Shown in pieces: positions 11,370 through 24,203 of a stretch of 64,000 nt of DNA (its first letter is position 1; each line of letters opens with the position of its first letter). The stretch comes from Sphyrna mokarran. Its lineage: Eukaryota. Position numbers and translations under genes: made by a program. The stretch covers positions 48,236,001 through 48,300,000 of the forward strand of contig JAGIQG010000013.1 in the NCBI GenBank assembly GCA_024679065.1, written 5' to 3'. The notes under the pieces are model-generated. The model did no database searches, had not been told where the DNA came from, and worked only from the letters and a program-made list of their open reading frames with translations.

Positions 11370-12971
11370 TTCAATAAATTCTTGAGAAGGCAATTGAAAC
11401 AGAAGATATTACATATAGTAGAGCAACACGGCCCTTGCCATCTGACCACTTCTTAATTGGCTTGGAATTTTTAGTTCCATTTTACATGCATCCATTCCAC
11501 AGAAAAATGTTACTACTGTTCACATAGCACGACAGTTATTAATTGGTTGTTGCTAAACAAAATGTATGGCTTGTTCTATGGAGCTCCCTCATTAACTGGC
11601 AGGGTTCAGTAAAAATACTTGTATTTCTTGTATTAAATTTGACACGTTTAGAGAGATTTTGCTTCACTGAACTGCAGCGTGTCAAGTAATGTCTTGAAGA
11701 TTAAAGAATCATGAATTTTTAAAACTCCAAACCAGTTAACTATTTTATCTCTTTCGTTTTTCTCCCACTTCCCAATAATAAAAAAACCTTAATCCACAGT
11801 GTGAAAAGGTGTAAACAGAATCAAAACAACTGCACATGCTGAAACAAATTCGAAAAAGTGCTCAAAACCATCAGCTATATTCATGGAAATAATGGGTCAA
11901 AAAAGTGGGTGTGTCATGGAACTATTTGTCTCACTGAAGCATGTCGTGTTACTGGAAAGATTGGGAACCATTGCTTTAGACAACTCCCAGTCTTTCTGCA
12001 GTCCACAACTTTAAATATCATGCTTTCATTGAGTCAGTTTTAAATACCTCCTTGTTACTGCTGCAATTCTTCCTATTAATCAATATTGCTACTTCTCTTT
12101 TCTCAATATTGTGTCCTTTCTAAAGATCCTACGGCTGGAATTAATTGGATGACAAGCACGCCCTAATTGTAACCATGTCTCTGTTTGCAATAAGCCTGAT
12201 ATGCCAGCAATTTCCTGCTACTTATGTGAGGTTCCTTTGGGGAGTTAGCACATGTAATGGAGAAACTAAGTGAGGGATTCCTGAACAAAATGGTGCAAGA
12301 ATTTTACAAAAACCTACAGGTAGCTTCAAGAAATTAGGAGTCTACAATGCAATTTCATCTTCACCAGTTTCCCTTTCACAGAAGATATGCATATCATCGA
12401 GTTGGTGCAGACATCTGTGCCAGTTCTAGAATCTGAAAGAGAATACAACCCATGAGAAGTGGGATAGTCAGTGGCTTCATGCCTTGATTCCTTCATTTAC
12501 ATTTTTCTGCCATGGATCAGGGGCTGCTTGAGACTTGTTGGAATTTCTGACAGCAGATTTGGAGCAGAAACCTGGCATATATAGAGTTTGTTCCAAATTC
12601 CTACTTGGAGCCATCTCTAATTCTGAAACCCTCAAAACTAAGGAGAAGCAAAAAACTGAGCTGAGGGTTTATAGTGATCAATAGTCACAGAATTATTCAC
12701 AAGAACATAAGCTTTACTCAAAATTGCAATGTTTTAAACTTGGGTCTGAATGAAATAGTATTTGCATATGTATACTAACAGAATGTCTGCACATCCACTC
12801 CTTCTGTGTGTACACTAGCACAATTCTCTCACTATTAGATTGGGTTTGAGTGATTGACCTATAATACCACTGAACCTACTTAGTCAAGTTCACGGAAATA
12901 AACACATAAGCATGTGAAATATTTACAATTTCATGCCTGTTAATCAAAAAAAAGAGGGAAAGGAGAAAAAA

Positions 12972-13152
12972 GATCTTGCATCTAAAATCAGTATCTTTCA
13001 TGACTTCAGGGTGTCCAATTTAATATATCTGAGGTAAAACCACTTTTGTTTATTATGAATATGTGGCAACCAATTTATATTCAGCAAGATAGCACAAACA
13101 GCAAAAGATAAACGATCAGAGGATTTTTTTTTAAAATGATGTTGGTTGAGAA
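12972..13152 (-). mobile_element. DeuSINE (SacSINE1-like) 3' fragment
   Basis: Reverse complement resembles 40725-40800 and the tail at 54690-54790. Confidence 0.5.
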
Positions 13153-14763
13153 AATGGGATTGCTGAATTTATGTTCGGGACCCAGGTGGTAATATGTAAC
13201 AGTATTTCTCAGGGAACTCTAATCAGTCTCTTCACGCTTTAAAGAAATTGTCAATAGCAAATGAAGACCATTGAAAAAAAATGAATCCATAAATTACAAG
13301 GATGTCTTCTTTCAAACATATTGCCCATCAGTTGTGATTGCATTAGGTTCAAAACAATAATGGTCTTTTATCTACTAATGCTAGAGGTAAATTGCACATT
13401 AAAATGGATCTGCAATTACTTCACAATAGGGGAACATGCAAGCATCCATCCAAACTGCTAAAGCATCAGAGAGGTTATAGCTAGGTTTTTGAAGTCATAT
13501 ACAACTTGTAGATTTTACACCAGTTGTGAATGCATTTTCTGCATATTTGACTTTTGACCCAGAAAAATTTGATCATACCTACCTTCCATTTAGAATATTG
13601 GTGAAGAGAAAGCAGTTGCCATTTTAATCACTGTTCCCATTTTTGTCTTAAGCTGCTGAATTCCTCTCTTGTTGAGATATTACAGTAAAGCAAGAGTTCT
13701 GCTCATTTGTTTAGCAAAATACAAATCCACAAGCAAGGCAACAATTTGTTTATCTTTTTTTCCTCTAGGTTAAGGGTCATTTGGCACGCATCAAGCTGGA
13801 AATGAAACTACTGCTGTACCAGAGATGAAGGAGAAGGATCCTGGGCAACATTTATGAGACAAGTCGTCTTTCCCTGGCTCTCTAAATAAACCAGAGGCAT
13901 TATCAGCACCTACAGGTCTTGTGCCCCATTTTACCAAGTAGCTCCACACTGTGATAGTGAAAGACAATCAACAAGAAAACCCAGCAGGAACATGAGCCTC
14001 TCTGCATCCATCAAAATTTAAATACAGCAGATAGGAAGAGATATATTCAAGGACAAGCTATGGGAAGTCTAGCTTGAGACAAAAATGCAGCATAGGCATT
14101 CTCTCCCAAATTTTGTTCCCTTTCTACCACTATCCCACTCAGTTTCTGGCAAGATATTTAATACCTTTCCAAATTATGTAAACTGTATGCTTTACTTTTG
14201 CTCGGCATTTTTTATATTTCATAGACACAGGAGTCATCATGTTTCATAAAGCTCAGCTTTGGTTCCATTATTTGAAATACGATAGCACTTAGATTACAAA
14301 ATATAAAGTGTAAATTCAACAACATTTTGATAAACATTACATTATAAACGCACTATTGAGTGAACTTGATAAACCAATGTTACACAGCTGAATTTGAACA
14401 CAATTTCGTATTGTGGATTGATTTAAAGTGAAAATAGGATTGAAAATGGCAGTCTTAATTTGACCTATAACCCTTAAAAGCCAATTTAAAAAATAAACTT
14501 TCAAGTTATCTATATAGTTTCAATTTGACCATTGATTCTGCTGTTTAAGGATCTCATAATCTGCAGCGTTTCATCTCTTCGGAATATCGAACAACCATGT
14601 AACAAGGGAGATCAATTGATATCAAGATAAGTCATATTGTAGTGTGAGCAGCCTCAAGGTAACTGGAGGCAATAACACTCAAACAAAACGACAAAGTTTT
14701 ATCTAATACATGGCATACAACATCATAATCACTTAAAAAAGGCAGAAGAGTAAATAATTATAC

Positions 14764-14971
14764 CTAATACAGACAACCCAAGTATACCGATGTTCCTCTC
14801 TCCTCTGTCAGGCAGATTGTTCACCAAACACTGGTATGTCCCCGTGTCTGACCGTTGTGTGTTATTAATGAAGATGGAGGCACTTGTGCTGGGCATGGTA
14901 GTGACAAAACCCACTCGGGAATTAAATTGGGTGGCTCCACTAATTACCTGCCCTCCCTGGTACAAAATTAC
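14764..14971 (-). CDS. IGSF11: IGSF11 internal coding exon (second half of the V-set Ig domain), 208 bp, phase 0 to 1
   Basis: [69 protein letters not shown], including the DTGTYQC Ig motif. Acceptor ttttgtcacag, donor TAG|GTATAA. Joins in frame to the 24204-24367 exon (EQ|VILYQ). Confidence 0.96.
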
Positions 14972-15036
14972 CTGTGACAAAAGAAAACAAAATAGGAAAA
15001 ATAAATACATTTAGCTTAAACTAAAACATAGCACAG

Positions 15037-15125
15037 AGTCATAGAGGTTCATAGCATATAAACAGGCCCTTCTGCCCAACTTATCCATGCCATCCTTTTT
15101 TTAAAATCCCTAAACTCATCCCAAT
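15037..15125 (-). mobile_element. CR1 3' tail fragment
   Basis: GTCATAGAGGTTCATAGCATATAAACAGGCCCTTCTGCCCAACTTATCCATGC, the same family as 20607-20700. Confidence 0.6.
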
Positions 15126-17158
15126 TAAGTCCAGTAATATTTCATTCTATGACAAAATTTTAGTTTAAACACCATTGACCACAGCATCAACGCTGCTATG
15201 TAACAGTATAGTTGCACTGAGTTCAGCAACATAAGAAGTTCTATCATGCAGGGCTCCTAAAGAGATGGCAGATTGAGACCCTAACATGTCCAGAGATGGT
15301 TTGCTTGGTCAAAATCTTCATAATAATTTCAGAATTTCACTAATGCAATTAATTGTCAGGGAATGTATACTTCCTTTCAGGTTGAAAATCCCCTACAGGA
15401 GCTTAACCATTTTGACTGAAATTCCACAATCTTGATGCTTTTTTTCCTTTATTACTGGAGATATAACTGAATTGTATGTAATGTACAGCACAGATGCGAG
15501 TTCTTAAATGGAAAATGGTCATGGCTCATATGCAGGCTGCACATGATATTTATTGTCAAAATCATGATGGTCTCTGACACCAAGCTCTATTAACAGTGGG
15601 AGTGTGCACATCAGTGATCCCAAACACTCCATAAAACATCCAGAGTATTAAACAGACCATATGTGTCTTTTAAAATGTAGTACAGTAGTTTAATATATTT
15701 TAGTGCAGAAAAGGTGTAAAGGAATTCAGCATATCCTTAGACACAGGGGATTTAATTCAAAACAGCCCTATTACCCATCCATAAACAGAAAGGTATTTTT
15801 TGATTCCCACCCCTTTTTCACTATTGCTGTATTTTCCCCACCAACTCAATTTTGGAGCAATCCAATCCTCCTTAAATAACCCAACAGCAAACTTGAGATC
15901 AGAGAGTTAGTTTATTTGACACACTCAAAAGGCGAGAAGAGGTTTCACAACATAGCCCGCAGCACATTCACATAATAAGTGAGGCATAAGGGAAAGAAAG
16001 AGGTTCAGAGCAAAGACCACAAACAAAATAAGAATTGTCATTCACATGAGTCCAGAATCAGAAGTCCAATGATTTATTCCTTCAGAGAGATTAATGGCTG
16101 AAACTGATGCATTGTGATCCACAACATGGATCCCAATGTCCAGCATTAGGAACATAATTTCCCTACCTTAGCACATCATTACCAGGCCTCCATACCCAGA
16201 TCATTCCCTTCCCAGCTTAAGAAAGTCCGTTCACATCGGCATGAGGGCAGAACAGCGCAAAACCCGACTAATCTCCCAAGATGTGCTGCTGGCAAGCAGA
16301 GCTCACAGAAACACTCATCTGAGTGTATCACTTAGAGCAGTAAGAGAGGGTCATATCTGGACATTGCCCTGGTACACTTGTGTCCAGGCAGAGCTGGGGT
16401 CAGCAGTTGCATGTTTTATTTTTTCTTCGGAGGGGGTTTTTTCAGGTGAACTAATGTGTATCGGGGTGGCCTTCAGAAATGATGGCCTTCAAACAACTAA
16501 GTTGCTGATGCTATGGGCTCAATCAGCATGACGTTGTGGGACTTACCCCTTGTTATGTCCCAAACTGGAGAAAAACATCTCTTCAAAGCTGCTTTCTCCA
16601 CCACTTGTCATCCTTTGCCAAATTCAGGGAAAATTGTCTATGTTGGCCAGAGTTCAGCCTTTGAAATGTAAAGGGTTTTTGCACATTTCCTTGGAATTTG
16701 ATTTTTGTAGTCACAGAAGACGTAAGCAATCCTTTGGGGTTACAACATCCTTATTGTTTTCTGAAGGATAGTAATTTCTTTTGTGCGAGTCATAGCTGTT
16801 GAGACTTCATTTTAAAAAATAATAATTTTATCAAGTACCCAAAATGATATTTATTTTGCCCTTTGTTTCTTTGGCATAACAACTTAGAAAAACTTCAAAC
16901 TCTTCAAAAACAAAATAGCTGTTGGACGGATGGGAATTACTATTGAAAACAATAGACTTTCTAGTATGTTTGCAGAGTATGATATAGCTGCTTCCTATAA
17001 CACCGAGAATGAATCATTATGTGAGGACCATACATTTATTAACTCCAGTAACAGGATTTCAATCCCAATTAATTACTCATACTCTGATCAATATTTTCCT
17101 TCACACTTGCCCCAAAATGACAATTTTAAAAATTTATATGTTGTTCAATTAGAGTAAA

Positions 17159-17443
17159 GGTGGCACAGTGGTTAGCACTGCTGCCTCGCAGTACCAGAGA
17201 CCCAGATTCAATTCCTGGCTTGAGTCACTGTGCGGAGTCTGCACATTCTCCTCGTGGCTGCATGGTTTCCTCTGGGCACTCAGTTTCCTCCCACAGGCCA
17301 AAAGACATGCTGGTTAGATGGACTGACCATGCTAAATTCTCCCTCAGTGTACCCAAATTGGCGCTGGAGTGTGGCAACTAGGGGATTTTCACGATAACTT
17401 CATTACAGTGTTGATGTCTACTTATGACACTAATAAATAAAAA
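17159..17443 (+). mobile_element. V-SINE with HE1-like head and alternative (non-CR1) tail
   Basis: Head TGGCACAGTGGTTAGCACTGCTGCCTC...GATTCAATTCC, V-domain, then GTGTGGCAACTAGGGGATTTTCACGATAACTTCATTACAGTGTT...TGACACTAATAAAT. Confidence 0.85.
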
Positions 17444-17849
17444 GGTAGGGCATCCACAATATGGATTCTACATGTATGCTTAAGGTGTTTCATTGTCTGT
17501 GAATACGCCACAGAGAAAGATGCTTATTCAAAATGGAGATGGATACTTAAATTTTCTCTGCTAACAAGTTGAAACATTAGCCCAGGTCTGCCGGTCTCCA
17601 TATTGACAGAGACTGAATGTTCCCCTCCTACAGGGCACCTCAAATCCCAAAGCATGATGATTCTGTGAGAACTGCTTGAGAAGTTAATGTTCTCGAATTA
17701 AACCCTGTTGAATTACTAGTTCAGCTAGTTCAAAGCGGGATGAACCGATTCACTTTGAATCGTAAACCACAAATCAAACCTGAAAGAAACTTTCATTACG
17801 CATTTAAACAGGCAGCATTTCAGTGGACTTGACAGCATCGTTGCTAAAA

Positions 17850-18140
17850 AAATGTTTCTCCTGGCTGGGAAACTTAAAACATAAGTTCACCCTTCAGAAT
17901 TGGGGTAGGTCATTTCAAACTGAAAGGAGGAGAAATATCTGCAATCGAAGAATGCAGAAATTCTTTGCTGAATCTTTTGAATTTTGTGTCCCACAGAGCT
18001 ATGGAAACTTACAGTATATTCAAAACCGACATCAATAAAATCTTTGGGTACACTGGGAATACTAGGATATTACAAGAGGATAAAATTGAAATCAGTTGAA
18101 TGGCATAACAGGCTCAAAGAGCCAAATGACTTGGTTCAGT
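17850..18140 (+). mobile_element. Decayed CR1 3' end
   Basis: Collinear similarity to 43015-43315 (TGTTTC.CCTGG...ACTGAAAGGAGGAGAAAT...AGGCTCAAAGAGCCAAATG). Confidence 0.55.
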
Positions 18141-19805
18141 TCCTGGGAGGATTCTCCAGGCCCGCTAGCTCTGATCGCAAATCACAACGGCTCGAGAATT
18201 GGGTGGTGTCGGCACAAAAAAATAGGCTTTCGGCACTAAAAACTGCAGCACCAATTGGGAGGGTGGGAACCTGATGAATATTTAAATTGGCTAGTTAACA
18301 AAGAGATTAATGGGCTTCAAGCCCAATTCAAATACATCCCTCTATTCACTATCTCCCCAATGAGATCTGCAGTAGATGAGCTTTCATATAAGTCAGTAAC
18401 CCCCAGCAACTAGAGGCACCCTCTCCCCCTCCCCCACCATGTGTTATTTATCCCACACGTGTGTTTATCCCTTCCCCCTCAGATCCCCACTCTGTCTCCC
18501 TTTAGACCACATGGCTTGGCAGTGCCAGCCATGCACTTCCTCCTGGCACTAACACCCTGGCCTGGTGCTTTGGGTCTCAAGGGGGCTTGAGAATGGAGGT
18601 CCACTAGCCATTTACCCCACTGCTGCTGCCAGACTACAGGGGAAGGGTCTGTCAAGGGTCCTGGGAGTTGGGTAGGCTTGGGCTGGGGGAAAAAGGTTGA
18701 TCTCACACATCACTGGGATGGGGTTGTCATGGCTGAACTGCCTCTTCTAATCCAGGCATAATGGCAGATCATGCCTAGCACGGCGATTTCAGGTAGCGTT
18801 GTGATCAATATCTGCATTCCTGCTATGCAAATCCTGAAGTGGCCAGGTTACTTGAATCTCCATACCCCCGTCACCTGACAGGATTTTAAATCATTGTAGC
18901 AGTCCATTCTGTAGCAGAGATTTTTCTTTCTTCCTGTCAAAAGCTGCAGATGTGAGCAGACCCTTTGAAGTCCTCTGACAGAGTGTGGATGTAAATTTTA
19001 CCTGGATAGGGTTCCATTCTGAGTGCCATGCACTGAGCCCTAATGTATGCACACAGCTTTGATTTGAAGTTGCTGAGGCTTCCCAGTGAAATGAAATCAT
19101 TGAAACTCTCTCCATTGCACTCAAAACCTTTTATCTGTAACAAACACAACATGCACTGCCTCAAGATTCAATTATCAGCTCAATACTTTTTTTTTAATCA
19201 TTCTCCAGCCACCTGTGTTTAGTTTTATTTCCCATCATAGTTGAATGCACCTCAAGCACCCCACTGATCCTGAACGCAACAGTTAGAGTAAAGCCTGATG
19301 ACAATTTGTGATATAACTTCCTCTTTGAAGTGTTTGCAAAAGCCCACCAAATGGCCCTTAAAGGGGCCATGCTACCACAGGAGACCAATTACAGATTGGG
19401 TGGTCATTTTGCAGAATAGCTCAATTCAGTCCACAAGTATAATCCTAAGTTTCCAATTGCCTGTCATTTTTATTCTCTATCCACTTCTCACTCTGACCTT
19501 CATTGTTCCAATAAAGTTCAATGCAAGTTCAATGGAACTTTACACCTTCTGGACTCACTGAGTTCAACCATTACAGATTATAACTGGCTCCTATTGGTTT
19601 TGGACTGGCATTACTGGCATGGAACTGCTTTTGTCATCTGCAACTTATCCAGACTTGCATTTGTTTCTTCTCTTGACACATTACAAGTTTCTTTCGCTTT
19701 CTATCATGATCATGTCATGTAATTTTTCCTGCTTTCTGAGTGATCACCAACCTGTCTCCCACCCACCCTCCCCCAAACCCATCCGCTCTTCTATTTCAGT
19801 ATTTA

Positions 19806-20051
19806 CTTAGAATCTGCTACATGTCAAACTTCTCCAGTTCCAGTGAAAGGCCATCAACTTGAAATGTTAACTGTTTCCCCGTCCATAGATGATATGGATA
19901 TTTTCAACATTTTTTCTGTTTTTTTGATTTCATAGCCTGTCTCAGTTCTGACTGCACTGTTTTTGCAGCTACCCTGTCTTCTGATACCACATGGATGCAT
20001 TGTGCTTTGCCGTATTGCCTGAAATGGAGCACAATTTCGATAGAGAACGAG
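19806..20051 (+). repeat. Source copy of a ~247-bp local duplication (second copy at 23373-23621)
   Basis: Manual alignment gives about 14 substitutions and 2 small indels (~93% identity). The segment contains an eroded pLTR/hammerhead remnant at 19835-19872. Confidence 0.9.
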
Positions 20052-20309
20052 ATTCACCATTTCCACATTGATCCTGCATGAATTTCCACTAAGCTCCCAA
20101 CAGGGCCATCTTTGACTGCTTCTTCCCTGAAGCAAATATCCAGAGGGGCAGATCCCATTTCTCACTCATCCACATTGAGCAGTTTAGGTTAGCAGTCAAA
20201 TCCTGGTAAAATATGTTCTAAGTGAAAGTTATAGCTTTTAGCTCCTCGCACACAGGTCTTCTCAAAGTGGAAGCAACCCCAAATTAGACTTATGAGATTT
20301 ACTCAGGAG

Positions 20310-20528
20310 AACTTTCTTTACCCAAAGGGTGGTTCGGGAGTGGAATGCCCTGCCTGCAGCAGTTGTAGATGCGCCAAGTTTGGTGGCGTTTAAGAGGTTA
20401 GTTGATAAGTATATGGAAGAGAAGGGAATGGTTTAGTTTGGAGGGGCATTGCTTTTTATATTGGTCGGCGCAACATCGAAGGCCGAAGGGCCTGTTCTGT
20501 GCTGTAATGTTCTATGTTCTATGTTCTA
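20310..20528 (+). mobile_element. 5'-truncated young CR1 (HER1-like) LINE
   Basis: Encodes FFTQRVVREWNALPAAVV-like coding sequence, has the 3' UTR GGCGCAACATCGAAGGCCGAAGGGCCTG, and ends in a (TGTTCTA)3 tail like 22055-23175. Confidence 0.85.
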
Positions 20529-20606
20529 ATACTGTCAATTTCAGGGCAAACGCATTTACTCAGGGAATGGATGGAATATGCCATATTCCACACATGTGGA
20601 GCAGTC

Positions 20607-21010
20607 ATAAGTCATAGAGTTTACAGCATGGAAACAGGACCTTTGGCCCAACTTGTTCATGCTGCCTCTTTTTTCAACCCCGAAGCTACTCCCAATTTCC
20701 TCAATTTGGCTTTTATCCCTCTATTCCACCTTACCCATGTAGTTGCCTAAATGCTTTTCAAAAGGCAAAATTGTACACACCTCTATTACTACCTCTGGCA
20801 GCTTGTTCCAGACAATCACCAGCCTGTGTGTGAAAAAATTGCCCCTCTGGACACTGGGAGGGTGATGGAGGTGGGATGCTTCACATCCTTTAAAAAGTAC
20901 CTGGATGAGTGCTTGGTCTCTCAAGTCTACTCCACCATTCATTAAGGACATGGCTGATCTAATTGTGACCTTCAATTCATATCTGCCCATCCCCTTTCTA
21001 AATGCCTTTA
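20607..21010 (-). mobile_element. Cluster of CR1 3' fragments (minus 20607-20851, short plus piece to ~20915, minus to ~21010)
   Basis: Minus-strand translation NFFTHRLVIVWNKLPEVVIEVCTILPFEKHLGNYM is a CR1 ORF2 C-terminus. Confidence 0.7.
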
Positions 21011-21254
21011 AATGATAACTGCAAGTCATTGCACAAATATGTTCAAAGATTGATGTGGGATTGAAGAGTACCACTGCCCATGGTATGCTGTAGAGAGTCA
21101 CATGGTATTAAACTGTCGAGCAGTCTGGCAGAAACTAGCCTGGAGACAGCACCCGTACACGTCAGTACCGAGGATAAGCACATCATTTTGGATTAACAAT
21201 GAACATGCAAGTAGCGAGACCTCTTAGTGAGACACCAAATAAACTATTACAATG

Positions 21255-21430
21255 TTCAGATAACCACTGACTCCCTTTTCAGTCAAGAATATTTCTGCCT
21301 CAGCTTTGAACCCACTCAATGACCCTGCCTCCCCTGTGCTCTGGGGAAGAGAGCCCCACACATTCGTGACTCTCTGAGAGAAAACAATACTTCGCTTCCT
21401 CATTCCAAATGGGAAACTCCTTATTTTCAA
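21255..21430 (-). mobile_element. CR1 ORF2 C-terminal fragment
   Basis: FSQRVTNVWGSLPQSTGEAGSLSGFKAEAEIFL is the CR1 C-terminal motif. Confidence 0.75.
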
Positions 21431-21610
21431 ATCGTTTAGACTCAGTCTGAATATTTTTTCTGGGCTCTTTTCTTCACGGGGAGAAAAATTGGACTCTGTA
21501 ACACTTGTTCTTTTTTAACTGCTTTCTGGGAATAGAAAATGGAAAGTAGGCAATAGAAAATGAAGTCTGCAGCACACAGCATCAAATGGACATGTTTTGT
21601 TATCAATGTT

Positions 21611-21851
21611 ACAGGTAGGCTTATAGTAACATAGCAATGAAGTTACTGTGAAAATCCTCTAGTCACCACATTCTGGCGCCTGTTCGGGTACACTGAGGAA
21701 GAATTTAGCATGGCCAATGCACCTGACCAGCGCATCTGTGGGAGGAAACCTACACAGGTCCAGGGAGAACATGCAGACTCCATACAGACAGTGACCCAAG
21801 AGGAATTGACCACGGATCCCTGGCGCTGTGAGGTAGAATTGCTAGCCACTG
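21611..21851 (-). mobile_element. V-SINE, alternative-tail subfamily
   Basis: Reverse complement aligns with 17159-17443, with internal deletions. Confidence 0.8.
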
Positions 21852-22054
21852 TCACTGTATAGATGTGTCTGTGGCATCCTGGTAAAATGATTGGTACAGA
21901 CAGGAACCACAAACTCTCACAGTGTGCAGAACAGGCAGATTGCAATGTCAAAGCAGTGTGCAACACCAGTAAGCACCCAGTGTAACCATTTCTGAATGCT
22001 ATCCTCCAACCCTTGTTCACGCTCTATTCTCCTGCAGCTGAACACAATATGAAA

Positions 22055-23175
22055 CCCCATGGTAGGCTACTGCAGAAAGTGCAGATGCATGGGATTGAAG
22101 GTGATTTCGCAGTTGGATTAGGAATTGGCTAGCTGATAGAAGACAGAGGGTGGTGGTTGATGGGAAATATTCAACCTGGAGTGCAGTTACAAGTGGTGTA
22201 CCTCAAGGATCTGTTTTAGGGCCACTGCTGTTTGTCATTTTTATAAATGACCTAGATGAGGGTGTAGAGGGTTGGATTAGTAAATTTGCTGACGATACCA
22301 AAGTGGGGGGAGTTGTAGACAGCGAGGATGGATGTTACAGTTTGCAGAGGGACATAGATAGGTTGCAGAGCTGGGCCGTGAGGTGGCAAATGGAATTCAA
22401 TACGGATAAGTGTGAGGTGATTCACTTTGGTAGGAATAACAAGCATATGAAATATAGGGCTAATGGAAGGACCCTTAATAGTGTTGTCGAGCAGAGGGAT
22501 CTTGGGGTACAAGTACATAGCTCTTTGAAAGTTGGCACCCAGGTTGATAAAGTTGTTAAGAAGGCGTACGGTGTGTTAGCTTTTATTGGTAGAGGGATTG
22601 AATTTAGGAGCCGTGAGGTTATGTTACAACTGTACAAAACTCTGGTGCGGCCGCACTTGGAATATTGCGTACAGTTCTGGTCGCCGCATTATAAGAAAGA
22701 TGTGGAAGCATTGGAAAGGGTGCAGAGGAGGTTTACCAGGATGTTGCCTGGTATGGTGGGAAGGCCTTATGAGGAAAGGCTGAGGGACCTGAGGTTATTT
22801 TCATTAGAGAGAAGAAGGTTACGCGGTGACCTAATTGAGGCATATAAGATGATCAAGGGTGGATAGGGTGGATAGGGTGGATAGTGTGAGCCTTTTTCCT
22901 CGGATGGTGATGACCAACACGAGGGGACATAACTTTAAATTAAGTGGTGGTAGTTTTAGGACGGATGTCAGAGGCAGGTTCTTTACACAGAGGGTGGTGA
23001 GGGTGTGGAATGCCCTGCCTGCAGCAGTTGTGGACTCGCCTACTTTGGGGGCATTCAAATGTTCGGTGAATAGACATATGGATGATATTGGAATAGTTTA
23101 GGTTAGAGGATCCACTGGCCGGCGCAACATCGAGGGCTGAAGGGCCTGCACTGCGCTGTAATGTTCTATGTTCTA
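22055..23175 (+). mobile_element. Young 5'-truncated CR1 (HER1-like) LINE: RT domain C-terminal part, 3' UTR and tail; frameshifted
   Basis: ORF 22150-22866 contains SGVPQGSVLGPLLF, FADD and RPHLEYCVQFWSP. The frame continues in 22859-23101 after (AGGGTGGAT)3 at 22856-22882. Ends in (TGTTCTA)2. Confidence 0.95.
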
Positions 23176-23334
23176 TTAACTTCAATACAAAAATTCTGAG
23201 TAGCCGAATTTAAAAAAAGCTTCCTAGATTCTGGTCTTAATGAAGCTCATTAGATTTTCCACAGATCTTGCTGCCAGCTATACTAGATCTTCTATATCAG
23301 CGTCTACTAACTGTAGAATTTAGTGTGAATAACG

Positions 23335-23915
23335 AGCAGCACAGTGGCACAGTGGTTAGTGCTGCTGCCTCTCTTAGAATCTGCTACATGTCAGACTTCT
23401 CCAGTTCCACTGAAAGGCCATCGACTTGAAATGTTAACTCTGTTTCCCCTTCCATAATTGATATGGGCATTTTCAACATTTTTTATGTTTTTTTGATTTC
23501 ATAGGCTGTCTCAGTTCTGACTGCACTGTTTTTTGCAGCTACCCTGTCTTCTGGTACCACATGGACGCATTGTGCTTTGCCATATTGCCTGAAATGGAGC
23601 ACAATTTCGACAGAGAACGAGGTTAAAGTAAAGCCTGATGATCCAGGTTCAATTCCTGCTTCGGGTGACTGTCTGTGCGGAGTTTGCATATTGCTGCGCG
23701 AGTTTCCTCTGGATGCTCCGGTTTCCTCCCACAGTTCCAACACGTGCGACTTAGATTGACTGGCCGTACTAAATTGCCCTTAGTGTCCCAAGATGTATAG
23801 ATCAGTGGGGTCAACAGGGTAAGTATGTTATGGGGTTACAGGGATCAGGGCTGGGAGAATTGTTGTTGGTACAGGCTCATTGGGCCAAACGGCCTCCTTC
23901 TGCACTGGGGATTGT
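23335..23915 (+). mobile_element. HE1-type V-SINE interrupted between A- and B-box by a ~270-bp templated insertion
   Basis: Head 23335-23371 (ACAGTGGCACAGTGGTTAGTGCTGCTGCCTC) resumes at ~23640 (GATCCAGGTTCAATTCC), followed by the V-domain and the CR1-type tail GGCCTCCTTCTGCACTG. Confidence 0.85.
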
Positions 23916-24203
23916 ACAGTTAAAAGCTCTGCTTTGGTGAGACTCAACTGAGCAGCTGCTCTGAACTTGAGGAGCAAAGTGAACTAAGTAAACTTAAGTT
24001 TTAAAAAAAGATAAGACCAGTCACAGCCTGTGTAAAACACTATTTCTTTCAGTGCAGTTTTATGAATTTTCTTTCTGTGTCAAGAACTTCGCCAACAACT
24101 CGTGCACCAGTAAGGATGAAGAGTGATTTTAACACCAGGGCTGAAGCACTCGGGCAAGTCTAAATTCATCAATTTATGGACACAATGCTTTCAAATAACC
24201 AAC

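Noticed and set aside
22150-22866. 238-aa reverse transcriptase ORF as a host gene or prokaryotic retron/DGR-type system
   Set aside because: It is a 5'-truncated, frameshifted CR1 ORF2 with a typical 3' UTR and tandem-repeat tail inside a vertebrate intron.
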